In this document: piece after piece, positions 58,751 to 64,000 of the stretch
How the letters are laid out: each line of letters starts with the position of its first letter
How positions within the stretch are numbered: the stretch's first letter is position 1
DNA from: Octopus vulgaris
Taxonomy: Eukaryota
DNA: 64,000 bases
Direction of reading: 5' to 3'
Assembly: GCA_951406725.2 (NCBI GenBank)
Contig: OX597838.1
Coordinates: 31,186,001-31,250,000, forward strand
The notes under the pieces: generated by a model
The model's input: the letters and a program-made list of their open reading frames with translations, nothing else
Told to the model about the DNA's origin: nothing
Databases searched by the model: none
Program-made: the position numbers and the translations under genes

Positions 58751-59232
58751 GTGTATATATATATATATAAAACTTCATCTTATATTAGTAGTAGACTTAT
58801 TACTACTCGCTATAGGGACTGGTAACCACTATAACCTGTAGTGGAGAACAGTCAACACGTTGTGCTGAGGCTGACCAAAGAATTTTATTATTAGATATAT
58901 CTGGGGTACTTATATGTACTCATGATTTTTGCTTCGGCTTTTTCCCATGGGCGCATGTAAGTATCTTATTTATATCCTTTCGTATGTTCTACTGAAGAGG
59001 AAAGAATCTTTTATGAGATTAATTCCAAAATTGATTCAATATAGAAATAACGAACTTTTCAAAAAATTCTATCAGCCGGCTTCCCCGATTTCAGTTCTTC
59101 ATGTTTTTTTCTGTAGCGGTAAATAATATGTGGAAATTGACAATTTAAAAGTCTGTTATCAGCATATTGGCATTGAAATAATTTTCTTTAACCCTCATTT
59201 ATAAGTTATATATATATATATATATATATACA

Positions 59233-59534
59233 TGTGGCCCAGTGGTTAGGGCAGTGGATTTCTGGTCGTAGGATCGCGGTTTCAATTCCCAGACCGGGCA
59301 TTGTGAGTGTTTATTGAGCGAAAACACCTAATTCTCCACGAGGCTCTGGCATGAGGTGGTGGCAATCCCTGCTGTACTCTTTTGCCACAACTTTCTCTCA
59401 CTCTTTCTTCTGTTGGCCTGCTCGCTTAGCCAGCAGGGTGGCGTCATTTGAAGGCTAAAACAATGCGAAGCGCATTGTGACCAGCGATGTGTAACAACAT
59501 CTGATAGCCTGGTCGGTCACGGTGATCACGGTGA
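59233..59534 (+). mobile_element. tRNA-derived SINE family E
   Basis: tggcccagtggttagggc...ggtttcaattccc head; tail ggtcacggtgatcacggtga. Confidence 0.8.
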
Positions 59535-59574
59535 TATATATATATATATATTGGGTCATCTCACAAATAATAAT

Positions 59575-59975
59575 AACCTGAAAAAGGAGCCAGGGAATGG
59601 AGGATCAGCTCTTAATTGATAGGAACTAATCATCAGGAACTGCAAGAGAAGATATACAAACCTGAGCATGGCATGGGTTGGCTATTGCAAAGCATACAAT
59701 ATGATGCCCTACTCCTGGATAATAACATCAATGGAAATGTATGGAGGAGCAGAGAATATGAGAAGCCTTATAGGGTATAGCATGAAATACTGGAGAATGG
59801 AATTGACAGCAGGGAAGCAAATACCAGGAGAGATGAAAATCAAGAGAGGAATCTTCCAGTGGGGACAGTGTGTCCTCCCTGATATTCATGCTGGGAATGA
59901 TTCCCTTGAGTGAAATACTAAAACAAAATTTGGGTATGGTCTGCAAAGCAGTAAGGGAAAACTAAACTAGTTGCT
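59575..59975 (+). mobile_element. R4/Dong-like reverse transcriptase fragment
   Basis: QLLID, LSMAWV.Y.KAY..MP.SWI, IKRGIFQ(G)D with frameshifts. Confidence 0.7.
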
Positions 59976-59984
59976 ATTCATATA

Positions 59985-60740
59985 GCACGTAAAAAGCACC
60001 CACTACACTCATGGAGTGGTTGGCGTTAGGAAGGGCATCCAGCTGTAGAAACACTGCCAGATCAGACTGGGGTCGGGTGCAGCCTTCTGGCTTCCCAGAC
60101 CCCAGTTGAACCGTCCAACCCATGCTAGCATGGAAAACGGACGTTAAACGATGATGATGATGATGAGAGAGATGACAAAGGACTGACATGCCTGACACCT
60201 TGCTGTACTCAAGAAGACCCACACTCCAAGGTAGACGTGTTAAGATTGATCCTCCTGTTGATGTAAAGAACTCGTGTCAGTGCCACGTAAAAGCACCCGG
60301 CACAATCCGTAAAGTAGTTGGCATTAGGAAGAGCATCCAGCCATAGAAATCATGCCAAATCAGATTGGAGCCTGGCGCAGGCCCCCTCCCTCCCAGCTCT
60401 GGTCAAGCTGTCCAGCCCATGTCAGCATGGACAACAGATGTTAAATGATGATGATGTTGATAGAGAGACAGAGAGAGGTTATGTTGTCTTGGGTGAGCCA
60501 TCATCATCATCGTTTAGCGTCCGCTTTCCATGCTAGCATGGGTTGGACGGTTCAACTGGGGTCTGGGAAGCCAGAAGGCTGCACCAGGCCCAGTCTGATC
60601 TGGCAATGTTTCTATGGCTGGATGCCCTTCCTAATGCCAACCACGGCACAGGTGCCAGACAAGGCTGGCAAACGGCCACGATCGGATGGTGCTTTTTATG
60701 TGCCACTGGCACGGGGTCCAGGCGAGGCTGGCAACAGCCA
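59985..60740. mobile_element. Cluster of RTE 3'-UTR derived short repeats (family D)
   Basis: Copies at 59985-60165 (+), 60275-60458 (+) and 60499-60740 (-) match 54125-54318. Confidence 0.8.
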
Positions 60741-60917
60741 CAAACACAGAGATTCAATCCCAACCAACTAATTGATTGTTAGTTAGTTAGTTAGTTGGTT
60801 AAATATTTAACCAATTGACTATTAATAATAATAATAATAATAAAGAAGTGGACGAGAGTTGCGGCCATGCTGAGGTATCACCATTAATATATAAATGTGT
60901 GCACGTGTGTGTGTGTG

Positions 60918-61369
60918 TTTTAAATAAAATGAGGCAACGAAGCCAAGGCTGTGTGGAATTTTCGGGACATTTATAAAGAGAAAGTTAGTCTTACAGCTGT
61001 TTCTGGGATATTAAGGATATCCCTTCATCAGAGACGATATGAGAAAGTTAACTAGAGGGAAATATTAGAGTTCAATATGAGGAGCTGTTTTGGAAAAGGA
61101 AGCAAATAAGGAGTGTGTAGGGAAACAGGAGAATGAATCGTCATCATCGTTTAACGTCCGTTTTTCCATGCTAGCATGGGTTGGACAGTTCGACCGGGGT
61201 CTGGGAAGCCAGGAGGCTGTGCCAGGCTCCAGAAATAAAAATAAAAATGTATAAAGATGTTATTGTTGCAGTTCCATTATTGAAGGAAAGTGGTGAGTAG
61301 AAGTGGTAGACATGCTTCCTGTCCTAAAAATTCCACACAGCCTTGGCTTTGTTGTCTCATTTTATTAAA
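60918..61369. mobile_element. Inverted-repeat-bounded element containing a hammerhead motif (Penelope-like)
   Basis: About 50-bp inverted repeats at 60918-60969 and 61320-61369. Minus 60988-61035 reads gtct-CTGATGA-a-gggatat-cctta-atatccc-a-GAAA-cagctg-TA-agac. Confidence 0.7.
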
Positions 61370-61371
61370 CA

Positions 61372-61760
61372 CTAGCAGTATCGCCCGGCGTTGCTCGGGT
61401 TTATAAGGGAAATAACTATATAAGCATTTTTAGAGATGTAAAGTATAATAGCCATCTCAATATGGCTAACCACAAAGGTGGGGTGTTACTGTAGCTTTTT
61501 ACATTCTGAGATTTAATAATACATTTTTAGAGAGTTACTTCCCTTATATAATAGCCAAAAAATGCATTAAAAATGGGAAAAAATGAGGGTAAATTTTTTT
61601 TTAAATTGTAGACTCATGCTAATACCCAGAAGGGCTCGATATGAATCATGACTATAAGATACCCGCTTTTGGTTACACTGCACCGCAAAATGTGGGAGTA
61701 GTTAGGAATCTAAATCGAAGGGGACAGACACTCACACAACTACAGTTTTATATATAAAGA
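61372..61760 (-). mobile_element. Non-autonomous Helitron carrying a MITE-like segment
   Basis: TC...CTAG ends and A|T site; 61437-61520 resembles 34204-34270 and 34510-34525. Confidence 0.85.
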
Positions 61761-61968
61761 TATACCTGCTCACATTAGACTCCTCACTCGTATCATTATC
61801 GAACCGAGAGTTTAACTACGGTCCTTCCATAGCACTTACATAGTGTTACCTGCAACCTTGGGTCTTCTGGATACCAATACCTCTCATATATTCACGCACA
61901 CATACATACACACACAATGAACTAATATTTTGTAACTATGCTACATCCATAAATTCATTAACAGCTTT

Positions 61969-62581
61969 AATAATAATAATAATAATAATAAAACATTGTG
62001 TACAGTGCTCAGGTGCACTACAACTCATCTAAAGTGTATGTATAGTACATAGGGTAATGTACAAGCGTCAGGAAAAGAACAGTGCATGAGTCATGACATA
62101 CACATATGTGTATGAGTATGGAAGGGGGACAATCAGGTGTAGTTTTGGCGGATTTCGGAAAGCATGAGGGCCTTAAAGGATGCAGTGTCATGGCAGTCGA
62201 CAACTGACGCAGGCAGTTTGTTCCATGCTTCAGCAACTCTCAGCGCGAAAAAATGTTTCCGAAAGTCATGGGAGCTGTGCTGTTTTCTGACTTTGTAGGC
62301 ATGTCCACGTGTGTTGGATATATGGAGATCAAAAAAGTGTTCAGTGTTGTTGTTGGTGAGGTGGTTGATAACTTTGTGGGTGTTTACCAAGTCCATCGCC
62401 AGACGCCGGAGCTTCAGTGAATCCATGCCCAGGGAAACAAGGCGCTCAGAGTAAGGTAGACGTCTGATGGAGGGTATGTGTTTGGTTGCACATCTCTGGA
62501 CAGATTCCAGGAGGTCAATGTTCTGAGCAAGATAGGGGTTCCAAACTGATGATGCGAATTCCAAGTGTGGTCGTACCATGA
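61969..62581 (-). mobile_element. 5'-truncated CR1-clade LINE (RT C-terminus and 3'UTR)
   Basis: VRPHLEFASSVWNPY...LESVQR.ATK...Y.ERL..LG..SL..RR...TRGH..K...FF..RV...WNKLP; (TTA)n tail. Confidence 0.88.
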
Positions 62582-63145
62582 AAGGACTGAGATTAGTTCA
62601 CTAAAAAAAAGTTAGTTACCATTCAATTTACAATCATCAAACAATATATTTAAAGATCTCTTAATCAAAAAAAGTTATGACCGCAGAAACAGAATTAAAA
62701 AAATAAAATGATAAACAGCAAAAACATATCTGAAAAAAGAAATTAACTGAATTAATTAAAACACACATGTTAAACGAGGGATTGTTAAAGATGGCATCAG
62801 GATAAAATTTTAAAAGTATTTTATTACTCAAAAATGTTAGCAATGTTTTTTTTTTTTTGGTTTGTTTTTCCATTTTATTTTCTTCTTCAAATTAAATGTT
62901 TTTAAATTTTTTTCTTCTTGTTTTATAATTTTTGTCCTTTTTTTCCTATATATTATATTTTCTTTTTTGTGAAGGAGTTCAGTCTGTTTTGTTTTGTTTT
63001 GTTGTTTTATTAAATGTATTCCTTCTTTCCAATGAACAGGAAAGGCATTTTGAAATAAACTGATGAGAGCGAGAGAAAAAGAGAGAAAGAATAATTAACA
63101 AATTCCTTCGTTTAATTTGTTGATTTAATCCTGTTTAATGACCAT

Positions 63146-63181
<36 letters not shown>

Positions 63182-63403
63182 ATATATACACACATATATT
63201 TACAGTTATGCATGTATGTACCCTCCGTCTTCTCTCTCTCTTTCGTTAGGTTTTCTTCTTGTCCTGTTCTCCTGGTCAGCTGCAGGATTTTATATAGATA
63301 TATATCAGCATATTTCTCCTTTAACTCTCTTCTATGTAAATATCTATATATCTATATATACATACATATATAAATAGATATGTAGATGTAGATAGATATA
63401 TAA

Positions 63404-63434
<31 letters not shown>

Positions 63435-64000
63435 GTCACTATGAAGATGGTGTTGCATCACCATGCAACAACAGTTCAGAAAAAATTTTCCTTTTTTTTT
63501 TTTTTCTTAAAAAAAAAAAATTAATAATAAAAAATAAAAAAAAAAAAGTGGGTGATTTACTACTTGAAATAAGGCCAGAGAAGGTCCATCCAACATTCGA
63601 CTGTCCGAGACGTCTTTTCAGTAAAGAACCACTTGAGTATATGACAGTCCTCTAGCCCAGGTCAGAGATAATATTGGCTGTGGTCGTGGCAGTCACATTA
63701 CTCGGTTGACAAAGAAATGGTCGACAAAAAAAAAAAAAAAAAACAACCTACACTGAACTAAATATGTTGCAAGAGAAATAACATGTCTTACATATATATA
63801 CAGTTTATATATACACACACACATATATATATATATACATACATACATATATATATATATATGTATATATATATATTTATATATTCATATATACACAGGG
63901 TTTGTTCAGAATTTGTTTTCTGTTTTTTTGTTTTTGTTTTTTGGGTTTTTTTTTTTTAAACATTTATTTCCCCAGTTTTATAAACACATTGCTGCAATTG

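Noticed and set aside
63560-63725. Possible terminal exon of a minus-strand host gene with an AT-rich 3'UTR
   Set aside because: Only a very short open frame and no clear acceptor; needs transcript data.

Overview
Repeat-saturated eukaryotic (animal) genomic DNA with no convincing host protein-coding gene. The microsatellite load and SINE types look like a coleoid cephalopod (Octopus-like) genome; that assignment is inference. A 100-N gap at 25783-25882 splits two compositionally different halves. The left half is mostly microsatellite (GGT, CA/TA, AAT, CAT, TACA, TTTC) with tRNA-derived SINEs and several minimal type-I hammerhead-ribozyme motifs. The right half is a dense nest of transposable elements: a Tx1/L1-like LINE relic, Gypsy gag, CRE-, RTE-, CR1- and R4-like LINE fragments, a mariner relic, Helitrons and MITEs. 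The most notable system is a family of at least four TSD-bounded non-LTR elements that carry only an ORF1/gag-knuckle gene and no reverse transcriptase (HAL1-like). One has an uninterrupted 460-codon ORF. They share their 3' tail with a tRNA-SINE family that inserts as head-to-tail multimers, and three of them sit in a five-level nested stack at 36536-42239. Nearly all ORFs in the supplied track are microsatellite artefacts. SINE family labels A-E are my own.
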